A stretch of 64,000 bases of DNA, taken from assembly GCA_002269645.1 (NCBI GenBank), contig NIVC01000341.1:124001-188000 (forward strand), read 5' to 3'. The notes under the pieces were generated by a model. That model had not been told where the DNA came from and did not search any database. It worked only from the letters and a program-made list of their open reading frames with translations. The DNA is from Macrostomum lignano. Taxonomy: Eukaryota. This document shows positions 24,451 to 38,505 of the stretch, in pieces (position 1 is the stretch's first letter; each line of letters begins with the position of its first letter). The position numbers were made by a program, and so were the translations under genes.

Positions 24451-25329
24451 CTTTGGCTTGCAATCATCAGGGACTCCTGGGTGCATTTTGCTTAGGGGCC
24501 CAGCGAAGCGGACCCTGCAGAAGGACCCAATGCAGTCATTGCGCTAGGTTCTCAATCTGTAAAAAACTAAAAAGTTTGCTGACCCTGACACGTAAAAGCA
24601 CTAGGCTTAGGCACATGGCCAAGTCTTGTGCAGCTACATGAGCAGGAATGCACGAATCAAGAGCATGCCGCTGTGGTACTGCACCCAATATCGCCGATCG
24701 GTTTGCGCGTCTGCCTGTGCCTTTGTGTCTGTCTGCTCGTGTCTGCTTGTGCCTTCTTACAGTGCATTGTACATTTTAGTGTTAAGCATGACAGGGAGTG
24801 AAATACCTTAATACATGTACGGCATGATCAATCGATGAGCGCGCGTGAATCGTGCGTAATTATACACTCCGATCAAAAGCATTACCGGATATCAAGATTC
24901 GCTGCGGGGGCTTTGGTTGACTGTGCACAGCGGGGTGGAGGGGTGGGAAGGCGCACGCAGTCCACCAATTTTCACGACTCCATATATAGGGGACTTTATA
25001 GCAGTCCTCGACGCGTTTTGATAGGAGAAATACCCATGTTATGTAGTCGCATGTATGGTCGCATAACACACAAATACTCAAGATTCATTAATGCCTGGAC
25101 GCATATGGGTATGAGTGCGCATGGGGTGACGCATTTGCATCGAATATTTGCATCGAAACATTTAACGTAATGGACATGCAGTCTGGTATTGCAAAATTGC
25201 AAAATTTGTTCGTTTTTAAAAAATAAGGCAATTAATAAAACAAGTCATCGATATAACAATAATTGTAAGCTATACAAGATATGCAGCTGTATCAGCTACA
25301 TACGTATATCATTCATATCATGAAAATTT

Positions 25330-25462
25330 TAGTCACTTCGCCAACAAGCAAATGGGAAGGACCTAGGCATTGATCACTTCGTCAACCACCAGTAAAGTCG
25401 CCCCAACACTTTGGTCACTTCGTCAACCGAGTTGACGAAACGCCAGTTGACGAAATGATCAT
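25330..25462. mobile_element. Second ttcgtcaac-family MITE
   Basis: Left tagtcacttcgccaac, right gttgacgaaatgatca; same motif family as 18022-18243. Confidence 0.55.
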
Positions 25463-26639
25463 CACCCAATAAAGGTATAACACAGGGCCTATCATTGGAC
25501 ATTCCCTGATCCCAAATAACACTGTTGAAGCTTGGAATCAGATTAAAATTCAGTGTCTTCTTGCTGCTTGGACACCTTGTCCTCCTGCTACCTAGGCCAT
25601 AATAGGGTAGCCTACTCCCTGAAATTAAGGAAAGAATTAGCAATATATGCCCTTCCACAATCTGATATTGATAAGACAGCAGTGGAATACTACATACTGT
25701 AGGCCCTAGTAGAAGGAACTCCCTGGGAAAATAGGCCAATGAGGTCTATTTTCAGACAGAATAACTCATCTCGTATAAAGTTGGAAGATAGTGCCAGAGA
25801 CATGAGAGACTAGAGCCATTATGGGAATTCTCAAATTTCTCGTACGATTGCAACGCAAATTTCATCGTGTTTCCACAAGATACTATCGTCTATAGGTATA
25901 GTTAATTACACTTTATTTACTAGTAGCTACTCATCTTTTCTTTCACAGGGTAATAGGGTTTCTCGATATTGAAAAGTGAAATACCTTTCCTTTAGAAGTG
26001 TTAATGAGGAATCTTGTATCTATAACACACACATGTATGTATCAGATAAGATAGGCTAGGCCGGACCTAGGTTGATCAACGTGCGAATTCTAACAAAGAC
26101 GTGTGAGGTTGGTACAAGACTTGGGGTGGCACATGTTGTACGAGACATAGTGTCCAATTGCACAAAGGATGGTGCTGGGCGGCCCCGATAACTTTAAAAA
26201 TTTTCTGCCCTTTTCCGATTTTCTTCCCATGTCCACCATTTTCCATCCCGAACTCGATCGGTTTCCCTAGATTATATGACTTTCTGAATGCTCAGCAACA
26301 AAACCAGAGCTGAGCATATGCACGCAGTTAAAGTCAGAAACTTTGAGATTCTTCCTCGATTTGAGAACGAGGAACGATCTCTTTCGATCAGACCCCATTA
26401 TAGATAGCTATCTGTCCGCACAAATGTTTTACATACAAACTTATCTTTAGTATTACTCGTATCTCGCGTCAATTTTCGCATCGTAAATGTGCTCTTTACA
26501 TCACACAGAATAAATTACAAGGCCGATAGAATACATGAATATAACAAATATAAACATGACAACAGAAACAACGAAATACGTGGTCAGCCAGTCAAGCGAG
26601 TCATATGAGAGGCAGAAAAACGTCACACAGGGGGGGGGG

Positions 26640-27760
26640 GGCTGGGCGCGGTTAACGTAGGCCGCACCGCCGACAGTGTCCGCGGGGCGCAAGCATCAGC
26701 CAGCAGGCAGTCGACGAAACGCCGAGTGCGCGCCTGTCCTCCCCGTTTGCCTGCAGCGTCAGCAGCAGCGCTTCCTGCACCGGCTGCGGGCAGTACGACT
26801 CGGCTCGGATTGATATGGCCTGCGCCAGCTGGAGTCGCCAACCGCTCAACAGTTCGCTGGGGCTGGACAGGCCAGTGCTGCGATAGAGTGCTGTGCATTG
26901 ATGACGTGCTCGTATCGTAGCCAATCTTAAACGTGGCACTAGCAGGCAAGAGTGCGCCGCATCGACCTGCCTGCTGTTCGAGCGATTTCATCAGCGTCCA
27001 ACAAGTATCGCGGCGTTGTACAACAGGACGGTCTTGATCACCGCGGCTGGAACAGCGCCGCCCTCTGGGGCAGGGCTTCGCATTGCAGGACAGCCCTCAC
27101 CGGAGCGGAAAGGTAGCCCAGGCAAGTCCATGCACGTTGACGACGTCGCAGGTCCTCGCGAACGTCAGGCACCAGCAGACCGCGAGGTAGATGAACTGCT
27201 GACAGTGCGGAAGCTTCCTCATCTGCCCAGACACTCATCAGTAGGAAATACACCAGCTGGCCCTCCACCGTCGATCGGTTGCTCAGCGCCCCACGATCGC
27301 TCCTCGCTTGACTGATGCATAATTTACATTATGCCTCGATGTCGTCCGGCACGCAGAGAACGACAGTCTTCTAGCTGCGTATTTTGACCACCAGGCCGAC
27401 GCTCGCCGCAACGCTTCCCAGCCGGTCCAGCTGGCGCTCGGCGCCTTCGACGGTCGAGGACAGCAGGGCGAGATCGTCGGCGTAGAAAAGCACGCTGAGC
27501 TGCCTCCACGATTGGCGTCGACCCACGCGTCGCAGGAAGCCGTCGTCGTTAGAAGGTAGAACAGTCCGCAGCACCCAGTCAAGCACTAGGACGAACAGGA
27601 AGGGCGCAAGCGTATCTCCCCAAAAGCACTCCAGAGGCCGATGTCTAAAAAAAATCCGACTGACCGTCTGGTGTTAGCACAGCAGCGCGCTTGTGCCATG
27701 ATGATCCAGCGCCATGACGGCGAAAATCTGGCACGTTGTACGCACGAAGAAGCACTATTG
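26640..27760 (-). mobile_element. Decayed RTE-like LINE (RT domains 4-5 and 3' region)
   Basis: GDTLAPFLFVLVLDWVLR..LSVLFYADDLALLSST and AVIKTVLLY..WTLMKSLEQQ; many frameshifts. Confidence 0.85.
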
Positions 27761-28878
27761 GGAGCACGGCCCTCAAGACCGAGTTGAAAGTTGAAAGTTG
27801 AAATCAATAAAGAGAGCAATCATGCTCGACTTGCAGGTCCGCGAAATAGCTCATAAAAACATGAAAATAGAAGTGAAAATAGAAGGCGTTTTCTTTCCCA
27901 CTCTGTGGCTCGAGCTATTGCTTACCGAGAGCGTCAGTAACGATGCCCTGTTTATACTGTGCCAAAGGGGTTCAGCTACAACCACGTGATCCGCGCCGAG
28001 TGACTGTCCCGGACTCTACCGGTTCAGACATCTCGCTGCTCACCTTGAGACAAGGCGCGAACGCGTCGATACGTGGACTATAAATAAGACATTGCAACCA
28101 GAATAATAAAGCGCTGCTGTAAACTTACACTTGCTGTCGCAATATGCCAACAAAAATGAGAGTTCACGCTCTACGGCACGATACTGCAATAGCCAGGTAA
28201 GTGCAACACCATTTAAACTTTCCAAGATAACATAGGGTATTATTAATCTTATAACACTTTACTTACAAAGTGTTTGGGTAAAAAATAACAAAGTATTACG
28301 GTACAGTGAATACTACTATATCAATAATTTAATTTACAGGAATGTACAAAAGAAAGGAATATTTGAACTATATTTACTACCAGGGTATATACCTACTACA
28401 TGGCTATACTGCACATACTATTTTACGTATTACACTTCATTGCCGGGTCAACCTTCAGTCTGATTTTCAGATTTCGCTGTAGTGTAATGTAGCTAGACTT
28501 TGACCGACTCTGCTATAGGTGTGACGGCCGACAACTCGATCCAGCAGGGTGAACTTTGTTCGTTTGCACTAACTGCAAGCGCAACTACCTCCGGTCTCTT
28601 TGTCTAGAACCCTGGAACCGTGTCTTGGCGTCTTTTTGAATGATATGTAGCTCGTTGCTTAGCTGATGCTATTTAGCACATAAAGATAAAAATATATGAT
28701 GCAAAAAAGTATTTGTGAATTTGAATAAATATTTTTGCAAGCGTTTAAAAATATGTTTACACAGCGATTTGTAATGCAAGAACAAAATGTCTGGTAATTG
28801 TTATTTTCATATTCCGATTAATTGGCAAAATATTCCACGTAGCTTATCAGGGTAAAGTCCACGGTGAATTCATTCAAT

Positions 28879-30569
28879 CTACAGAGTCCTCTGACTACCG
28901 CTGGAATTCACGCTGCTCTTTGATGTTGCTGAACCCAGCCTTTGTAGACAGGGCATGTAAAAGTAGTAGAATCTTTTCGATAATCCGGCTATGAACAGAG
29001 CGTTGGTGTAGTACGGAATGGTGAACGCGAATGCAGCGAACTTTTCCGTCAGAATAGCTGAAAATGAGAGCGTTGAGTTTGATGCTGATTGCAATAAAAC
29101 AGGAAACGGCACGCAAACTGTTGGGTGTTTTACAAAATATTGTAATTTCAGCAAGATACAGTTCCACCAAGACATTTGATACGATTTTCCTGAAAGTTTA
29201 AGCACTTATTCATGTCAGTGTATTCAGAAACCACTGAAAATAGTGCCGGCCTGGGCAAAATTACATCATCAAAGGTTGAATAGACTATGCAGGAATGTAT
29301 AGGAATTCATGTCAACTTAATGGTCTCCTTAGTTCCATAGGAGTCAAACCGGTGTTCCGGAGCGACACAGAAGTGATGCCTCTGCTCTCTAGCTAACCAC
29401 CTGTCGATTGCAGTTGGTTTTGTCCAGAGCTGTACTTCAGGCTTCATTCTGATGATGCTTCAGCTGACATCCTTTTTTCGTTCATTAAGAGTGGTTAACC
29501 GAAAGCAAAATAAAGAGGAATACAATGAAATGATAAAAAACAAGCCGGATAGTTATAATAGTAAACTGTATTCGACAACTGTCGACTACTTACACACTTT
29601 GTAGTCGTAAAATATGTGTACTTGAGTGTTGACAACCATGCAGATTCTGGACATCAGGAAGCAGAAAAAGAACGACACGTTCATGCCGAGAAGAATCGCA
29701 GTCGCTCGAACTTCATTCTTCTCGCTCGAATTGTGCGTAGCAACGCCCATTTGTAAACGTTTCCGCTTCGAGTCAAACAGGACAATAATTATGATAACGG
29801 ATGAGACGAATGTCAATGCGCAGATAGTGAATATGATGACAAGCATGATTAAACTGCCAATCGCATGATTGGTCTTATTGGTATTGAAACTAGAGAAGTC
29901 CGGTATGCTGCAGCGGCCAGGGTAAATCTTCCGACCATCCAGCGTGGTTATTTTGAACGGTAAAAGAAAAAATGTCGCCTGAATTAGCAGCATGCAGAAA
30001 GCCAGCGACGCAGCAGCCGAGATGCCGGCCGCTAATAGCATCAGGCATCGGTCGCGAAATTTCGTTAGTACAAACTTTGCTTTCAGTGGATACTTGACCG
30101 CATAGGTGCGAATCAGTGAGCAGATTGTTAGCGCCACCGGTGACAGAATCACTGGGAAGTACAAGATGAAGAAGAATATCTTGCACATCACTTCCTGCAG
30201 CTCATTGTCTTCAGCACGCATCAGACCCCACATTAGGTGCATGAAGCTCATTCCAGGCTTTTCCTTTGAGTCCGGATTGGCGTTTTGGAAGTCCACAGTA
30301 ATGAGCTCGTACAGTCGGTAGAGCGTGCTGCAGACATCGGCGCTGAGAACGACCAAGAACCAGCTCCTTGCTGACTGTGAGTAGCCAGACTGCCCCCTGA
30401 CTAGAAAGATTATCGTGAGAATTTGAAGCAGAAATCCCAGCGGAAATCCAACAGCCTTTACGACGCCGGAGTGGTACTCAATATCTCGCTTCAATTCAGT
30501 ACGCAGAAGGTTGAGAAAATTGATTAAAATCCCATCCTCTGACCATGTCATGTTGCTGCGAATCATCAT
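28879..30569 (-). CDS. Class A-like 7TM GPCR (orphan/chemoreceptor-like), paralog 1, 2 coding exons
   Basis: Exon 30569-29594 (TM1-TM6, ECL1 and ECL2 Cys, SLIRTYAVKYPL at the DRY position); intron 29593-29058 (gtaagt..ttttcag); exon 29057-28879 (TM7 FTIPYYTNALF, helix 8 LSKRF). Phases are consistent. Confidence 0.88.
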
Positions 30570-31579
30570 GTATTCACGGTAGGCTAAAATATTTCAGACG
30601 AATTTGGAATTTCCGTGTCAAAAATTCAGGACTCCAGATGGATAACCGAGAAATTCGAATAGTAAAGGTAAACATTTTTTGTACTTACCAGCATAGCTGG
30701 GGAAATGTTTCGACATTTTGGTTACCTATTTCAGTATGTTACAGTTCTCGTAGGAAGTGACATCATTGCAGAAATCCAGGACAGCCAGTTTTGAATGACT
30801 TAAATAGATGCGCTTCTTTAATTCCAGCGCAGAAATAAACAAGGGCGGTTCCATTCTTTCTTATTGACGAGTGGAAGAAATCTTAGTGTAGAAGAAAAAA
30901 GGATTGGGACAGCAGTTATAGGGCTGTATATCACAATTCGTCAAGTCAAATGTCTTTTGATGTTTGAAGCGAAGAATTCATAATACATTGATGACGAATG
31001 TATTATTTGGCAATGCGAGCTTCGTCTTATTTGTGTAGTGAGCCGCTAGTTTGGTGTTGGGCGTCGCACTATTATTGTCAGCATCTTCCCTTTTTTCAGC
31101 TGTTTGCTACTGTGTAGGTACAACGCTGCTGATTACTTTCTAACGTTTTTGCCTTTTGAAAGCTTTCATGAGTTATCCAACAAAGATCACTGGGTCTCAA
31201 GGTTTCATATGCTCATAGTTCTGCTTATCGGTCCAATGCCTAAGCGTCCCCCCATTTTTTCTAATGAAATGTTTGTTGACAACGATCTACCCTATCGTTT
31301 TATGTTTTTATGCTTAGAAGTTCAAACAAATGACAGTCAGAGAGAGACTCTCCCGTCTCGCAGCCTGCGAAGAGGAAGTTCTTTGAATTGTGTGCGTCAA
31401 TAATTGGATTGTTTCTTCTCTCTTTTTACGCATTTTATTTAATGGCCGGGCCATGAAATATTTCACGGCGGGAGAAATGGCCGTGAAATCGCTAGTGCAG
31501 AACAGCGAAAAATTTCGAACAAGAAAAGAAAAAATAACAAAGTTAATAAGCCTTTAACTAGTTAGTTAGTTTAGTTAGT

Positions 31580-31830
31580 CCAGCTCACTTTTGACATTTC
31601 GTCCACGTCGCTTAAAACCAGTAGAGATTGACCACCGCCTGTGCCTCAGAGATGCTTTTTCTCGTTGCGCCAGTCTCGGAAGATTTGTATTGACCATTCT
31701 GCCTTCCTTTTTGTTGTCGAAGGCGAGCTCTCCTCAATCTCTCGCTGAACTTCCGCTTCTGTCAGTGTCTGGAATCGTCCCTTATTTTCACTGGAGTGCG
31801 CCAACTGTGACGCACTGTACACTGTACAGC
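31580..31830 (-). mobile_element. Crypton N-terminal remnant
   Basis: RFQTLTEAEVQREIEESSPSTTKRKAEWSIQIFRDWR matches the RF...T...W...F..W N-terminal signature of DUF3504 recombinases; followed by stops. Confidence 0.55.
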
Positions 31831-33169
31831 CACACTGTAAAACACACTTAGGTTCAAATATAATAACACCCCCTACGGCGTTACATGCATCGAATACCGT
31901 ATTAATTGTCAATGTCTATGGGTTTTAGCCATAGCAAACGGAATAAAAATGATTAATAGTGCACCACAACACCCTCCTCTTTCAAAAAGCTGAATGCTTG
32001 ACAGTTGCGACTTGTAGCAGACTCGTGGTTGAAGCTGTAGCCGTTCACTCTGTGACGATACTAGTTTGGCGGCCTCGAGAATAAGCGAAGGCAAATGAAT
32101 GCGACAGAGGCAAATTTGTAGCGGTAGCACTTGGCCGTAATATCAGTTAAAGTTAATGCTAATGTAATCAATGGCTGCAGGCTTGGTTTATTGTCAACAA
32201 AAGTACAGGTTGGAATCGTAACGATGCACTGGCGGCTACACAACAACGAGTTAGATAGATAGGTAGTAGAAGTGGCGTGGCTGAGAGTGGCAGAGGCGTG
32301 GCCTAAGGCCGTGGCGAAGCGAGGCAGAGAGAGAGAAGGCAAGTAAACAAGTAAAGGCGGCAAGAGTCTACAGGCGGGGACGCTAAGCCAGGCGGGACCA
32401 GAAGGTGGCGGGGCTACTTAAACTGACAACGTCACAACTCCTTCTTGGAGGTATGGGTGTACCACCATCCGTAACGTCGTTCCGTCGGTAACGGTGCCTC
32501 CGACCCGGCGTTGGTCGGTTTCGTCGACTCAGGCTCAACTGTCGGCTTAGCCTGAACTCGTGGAGTCGCTTGAACAACGCTGCAGTAAGGGACCGGGGAT
32601 ACCGGCTGAGTCCGGGTCCTCTTGCTCCTTGTGCCCCTTCCCGACCCCTTGGCCTGGCCTCCAAGATTGAGCTGGATAGGCGATGCCCTTGTGGCTTGCA
32701 GCCCTATAGGAGGGTTCTTGTCTACTTTTACCTCTTGATAGGAGACTCGCCCTCGGATACAAGCCTTCCAGACTCGCTCCACTAGTCAAGCCCTACTCCA
32801 AGACTTCTAGGTTTCCCCGCTCTTGGACGGCTTTCAGTAGTATACCCAACTTTCTCATTTCCAATTCTGTTTTTTGCGCACTCCCGAGGACTTGTCTGCT
32901 GAGTGGGTGGCCTGGTGGACTCGGTCCTAGCACCGTCCCTGATTCCACTTTTGGGTTGGCGGTGTCTTGTATCATAGGTTTGGGTTAGTAGCTCCAAAAT
33001 TCCCCTGGCCTAGACGTCGGGGCCCAACCATGTGGGTATCTCGGGCTTAGGCCCCTGAAAGTGCCCCTCTGCGGCAGAGCCCAATTCAGGGCTGATCCGC
33101 AGGAAGCCCCGCTTTCCAACCCTCGTTTAACAACAACAACAAGGGACCCCGGTGTCTGCCACCTGTTCT

Positions 33170-35345
33170 GGCGGCGGGTCACAACGCTGTTTTTGGTCCG
33201 GATGAGCCTTCACGATGCGCTGATCCTCCAGCCGGACAAGAGCCGTACTTGAACCCTGCGGACTCACCATTATTGTGGCCTCGCAACTACGCGCTCCATA
33301 CACCAGCTTGTCGGATGGACTCCATTCAGCCGATAGGAGAGGTACCCTTAGCTTTCGCCCTGACAACAGTTCCTCAGGCAACAGTCCTTGCTTCCCCTTC
33401 AAAGCTCGATAGAATAGTCGATAGCGATCGATAGCTGCATGACTCATTCCGTTGGCTTTGACAGCCTTCTTTATTGTCGGTACGAAACGCTCGGCCAAGC
33501 CGTTGCTCTCAGGGTGAAATTTTCTTCGTAGCCTTGAGATCACGGCGGCTGATGTCCTATATCTTTAGTTAAGTGCACTTCAGAATGACTGGAAAATGCG
33601 TCTACAAGCACTATAGGAGATAGGTTCCGTCGATGGGACCGGCAAAGTCCACGTGTACTTTCTCCCAAGGAGCGCATGGATGAGGCCAAGTCGACCGGTA
33701 ATTCCTACTTCTATAGACATAACCAACTTGCACGTTTGACATCCGCTCACCTTCCGTTCAACCAGCCGATCCATTCCAGGCCACCAGAATTGTTCTCTCA
33801 AAATAGACTGATGGATGTGATGGTGCGAATTCCATTCCTTAGTAGACGCCATGGGCAGCACTGACACCCTTCAAGCTCAACACGATCGGTAAAACTAGCC
33901 TTGTTCCTCACAGAACCAGCGAATCCTGGCATGAGAGCTCCTGGAGTACTGCTTTGTATTGTATGCTCTGATGCTCAGACCACACCTTCCACTTTTTATC
34001 GCATCCCTCACCAATCGAAGCTCTAAACATGACGCAGAGTGAGCCTCGATATCTTCTCTCATGATAGCAGATTTCCTTTGAAGATAGGGATCTGTCTGTC
34101 CAATGCTGTGAGTTGTTGCGACACACCTGGAACTTACTGGCACTAGTGTTGAGAGTGAATCAGACTTAATCTCTGCTGATTTCCGATATTCAATGTTATA
34201 ATCATATTCAGACAGCAGGATAGACCAACGTTGAAGCCTTGTTGACACTCTCTGGCAGTTGGCTCTACTCTCCGAAAACTTATGTGAGTGGACGATGATC
34301 CGTGATCAGGTTAAATGTCCTTCCATAGAGAATCGGTGACAACAGCGATTGCCGACAGAATTGCCAAGGCTTCACGTTTGATTTGAAAGTAGCTCCTTTC
34401 TGCCGATGACAAAATCTTCCTCACAGAGGCAACTGGGCGTCCCTCTTGACTTAGTACCGCTCCAATAGCCACCTGAGAAGCGTCACATTCAAGTTCCACA
34501 GCTTTACCTGGGTCGTATGACACTAGCACCGTCGCATCGAGTTCTCCGAAAGTGCTGTCTGAAACTTCCTGTTCAGCGCCCCAAACGAAGTCCGTTCCCT
34601 TCCGCTTCCGCTTCAGTTCACCAGACCCAACAGCGACTCCAACTCCACGCCGTTCCTCGGAGCCGACATTTCTTTATAGCGCGCACCTTTTCATTCATCT
34701 GGTCGAATAGTTCCAGAGTTAAGAGCCAAGAGCCAAGGAATCTGACTCGAGTTTTCATTATTTGACACTTTTCTTCGTTGACGCTGAGGTTATGACGAGC
34801 CAAACGGTTTTTCACATCGGTCTGTCGAAGTCTTAGCTCTTCGGTTGTGGAACCTCCGATCAAGATGCCATCGACATAAGCAACCGTTCCTTGAATTCCT
34901 TGCACTACTTCAGTTATGTAGCGCTGAAACATGCTCGGTGCATTTTTTATACCAAAAACAGTCAGTTACATCGATAGTTCCCAAACGGAGTCGACATGAC
35001 GGTCAGGTCTTTTGACGACTCGTCCAGCTGCAGTTCCACCTGATTTTAGGCCTTTTAAGGTCGAGTATTGTGTAAATGTTGCACCCGGCTACTGGTGACT
35101 GCAGAGAATGCTTCCTCAGACGTAGGCGTTGGAAATCTGCTGTTGACGAGGTTGTCAAGCTCCGCCTTGAGCTTTGCGCGCCTTGATGTACTTCGGCACA
35201 GCTTCATCTACCTGCAGCTGGAGCTTAGCTTTGAACTGATCTATCTGTACCTGAGTGTGCCCGATTGTAACTTTTATTACAGGTCAATGTTGACAAAGTC
35301 GCGTCCCAGAAGAGCAAAGTTTCGGTCCTGCGTTTTTATTCGTAA
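33170..35345 (-). mobile_element. Decayed Ty3/gypsy pol (RT-RNase H-integrase)
   Basis: RT MFQRYITEVV..AYVDGILIG; RNase H LECDASQVAIGAVLSQ..EALAI; RLQRWSILLSEYDYNIEYR; integrase zinc finger FWWPGMD..CQTC; core HPESNGLAERFV. Order is gypsy-type; many frameshifts. Confidence 0.9.
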
Positions 35346-35346
35346 C

Positions 35347-35682
35347 CCATCCCGGGATTGAGGCAAAATCCTGACCGGGATCCAAGGATTGAAGAATCTA
35401 TGGGAGTTTGGTAGGGAATACAATCCCGGGATCACAATTGTCCGGAATTAAAAAATCCAGGGATTGACCGTCGGGATCCCGAAAATATCAAACCCCGACA
35501 GTGCTGCATGAGCTGGCTCTCATTAGTAATCGATTAGCAGTATTTGCAGCTGAGCTTACTTGTCAGGTGAAAATCATAACCCAGTTGTCCTTAGGGAATA
35601 CCGAATCCCGAGTTTAGCTAATCCTGGGATTCTCGAGATCGGGATATCCCGGACTTTGCTAATCCCGGGATCCCCGGGATTG
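35347..35682. mobile_element. MITE-like element rich in atcccggga/cccgggat motifs
   Basis: Clustered near-palindromic ccgggat motifs at both ends; abuts the truncated gypsy 5' end. Confidence 0.45.
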
Positions 35683-36107
35683 AAAAAGTTTCTAATCACC
35701 TTTGTTAGTGAAATTTTCGTTTACGAAGCCATCTAATTTGATTTTAAAGGGCTTTCAATAATAAAATTAGATCTGAATAAAATATGTTGCAAACCAGAAA
35801 CAAAGAGTCAAGTGCCAGGAGAGCCAAGAGTCTCCCGGTTCAAGAGGGACTCCAAATCTTGTCCGATAAACCACTCACTTCTCAAGAGCTAAACTCTAGG
35901 AGTGCGGGCTAAGAGTTGGAGGTTGGTATGAAATTATTGCGCAATTACTTTAGGAGTGTTGGTCGATTGTGTTCTAAAATTTGCACCTTATTTACACCAG
36001 CAAAAGCGCAACTACGACTGGTAGGGTGCTCCAAGCATACCCACAGCGTAGCCGTTCGGTTAATTCATTTATTTGGGGATGCGTCAAACGAATTGATATT
36101 TTCAGCC

Positions 36108-38197
36108 GATTCTCGTTTCACCGATTCTCGTTTCGCCGATTCTCGTTTCGCCGATTCTCGTTTCGCCAATTCTCGTTTCGCCGAATCTCATTTCGCCGAT
36201 TCTCGGTTCGCCGACATTCTCATTTCGCCGATTCTCATTTTGCCGACATTCTCATTTCGCCGACATTCTCATTTCGCCGATTCTCATTTCGCCGATTCTC
36301 GTTTCGCCGACATTCTCATTTCGCCGATTCTCATTTCGCCGATTCTCGTTTCGCCGATTCTCGTTTCGCCGATTCTCGTTTCGCCGATTCTCGTTTCGCC
36401 GATTCTCGTTTCGCCGAATCTCATTTCGCCGATTCTCATTTCGCCGATTCTCATTTCGCCGATTCTCATTTCGCCGATTCTCATTTCGCCATTCTCGTTT
36501 CGCCGATTCTCGTTTCGCCGATTCTCGTTTCGCCGATTCTCGTTTCGCCGAATTCTCATTTCGCCGATTCTCATTTCGCCGATTCTCATTTCGCCGATTC
36601 TCGTTTCGCCGACATTCTCATTTCGCCGATTCTCATTTCGCCAATTCTCGTTTCGCCGATTCTCGTTTCGCCGATTCTCGTTTCGCCGATTCTCGTTTCG
36701 CCGATTCTCGTTTCGCCGAATCTCATTTCGCCGATTCTCATTTCGCCGATTCTCGTTTCGCCGACATTCTCATTTCGCCGATTCTCATTTCGCCGACATT
36801 CTCATTTCGCCGATTCTCATTTCGCCGACATTCTCATTTCGCCGATTCTCGTTTCGCCGACATTCTCATTTCGCCAATTCTCGTTTCGCCGACATTCTCA
36901 TTTCGCCGATTCTCGTTTCGCCGAATCTCATTTCGCCGATTCTCATTTCGCCGATTCTCGTTTCACCGATTCTCGTTTCGCCGAATCTCATTTCGCCGAT
37001 TCTCATTTCGCCGATTCTCATTTCGCCGATTCTCATTTCGCCGATTCTCATTTCGCCGATTCTCATTTCGCCGATTCTCATTTCGCCGATTCTCGTTTCG
37101 CCGACATTCTCATTTCGCCGATTCTCGTTTCGCCGACATTCTCATTTCGCCGATTCTCATTTCGCCGACATTCTCATTTCGCCGATTCTCATTTCGCCGA
37201 TTCTCATTTCGCCGATTCTCATTTCGCCGATTCTCATTTCGCCGACATTCTCATTTCGCCGATTCTCATTTCGCCGACATTCTCATTTCGCCGATTCTCA
37301 TTTCGCCGACATTCTCATTTCGCCGATTCTCGTTTCGCCGACATTCTCATTTCGCCGATTCTCGTTTCGCCGATTCTCATTTCGCCGATTCTCGTTTCGC
37401 CGATTCTCGTTTCGCCGACATTCTCATTTCGCCGATTCTCATTTCGCCGATTCTCATTTCGCCGATTCTCATTTCGCCGATTCTCATTTCGCCGATTCTC
37501 ATTTCGCCGATTCTCATTTCGCCGACATTCTCATTTCGCCGATTCTCATTTCGCCGATTCTCATTTCGCCGATTCTCGTTTCGCCGACATTCTCATTTCG
37601 CCGATTCTCGTTTCGCCGACATTCTCATTTCGCCGATTCTCATTTCGCCGACATTCTCATTTCGCCGATTCTCATTTCGCCGATTCTCATTTCGCCAATT
37701 CTCGTTTCGCCGATTCTCGTTTCGCCGATTCTCATTTCGCCGATTCTCATTTCGCCGATTCTCATTTCGCCGATTCTCGTTTCGCCGACATTCTCATTTC
37801 GCCGATTCTCGTTTCGCCGACATTCTCATTTCGCCGATTCTCGTTTCGCCGACATTCTCATTTCGCCGATTCTCGTTTCGCCGACATTCTCATTTCGCCA
37901 ATTCTCGTTTCGCCGACATTCTCATTTCGCCGATTCTCATTTCGCCGACATTCTCATTTCGCCGATTCTCGTTTCGCCGACATTCTCATTTCGCCAATTC
38001 TCGTTTCGCCGACATTCTCATTTCGCCGATTCTCATTTCGCCGACATTCTCATTTCGCCGATTCTCGTTTCGCCGACATTCTCATTTCGCCTATTCTCAT
38101 TTCGCCGACATTCTCATTTCGCCGATTCTCATTTCGCCGACATTCTCATTTCGCCGATTCTCACATTCTCATTTCGCCGATTCTCGGTTCGCCGAAA
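36108..38197. repeat. 15/17-bp satellite (gattctcatttcgcc / gacattctcatttcgcc)
   Basis: More than 100 tandem units; source of the 761- and 742-aa artefact ORFs. Confidence 0.97.
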
Positions 38198-38505
38198 TTA
38201 GTTTCATAACCATCTGGACATTAGACCATAGACAACTACACTAATGCAAGTGTGATTTAGATCCTATGGCTTGAAAAATAAATTTAAAATTAGTAATTCT
38301 TCCTTCTGTATAGTCTATGGTAATACTTCTGCATAGTCTATGGTAAAAAGTCTATAGCCAGTGGTATATATGTATGGTAGGAGGTTGAGGAATAACATCC
38401 AACTTTCAAGCAAACGCACCATGGCTCAAGCAGCACTACAATTAGCTACTTTTGTCCCAAGTTCGCGTGGAGGGCAGCTGCTTCACATTATGGGATATTT
38501 GTACC

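Noticed and set aside
25485-25610. NNTVEAWN resembling the MULE transposase TNNxxEGW motif
   Set aside because: Too short, with no other transposase motifs nearby.
35916-38209. 761- and 742-aa ORFs (ADSHF/ILISP repeats)
   Set aside because: 15/17-bp satellite artefacts.
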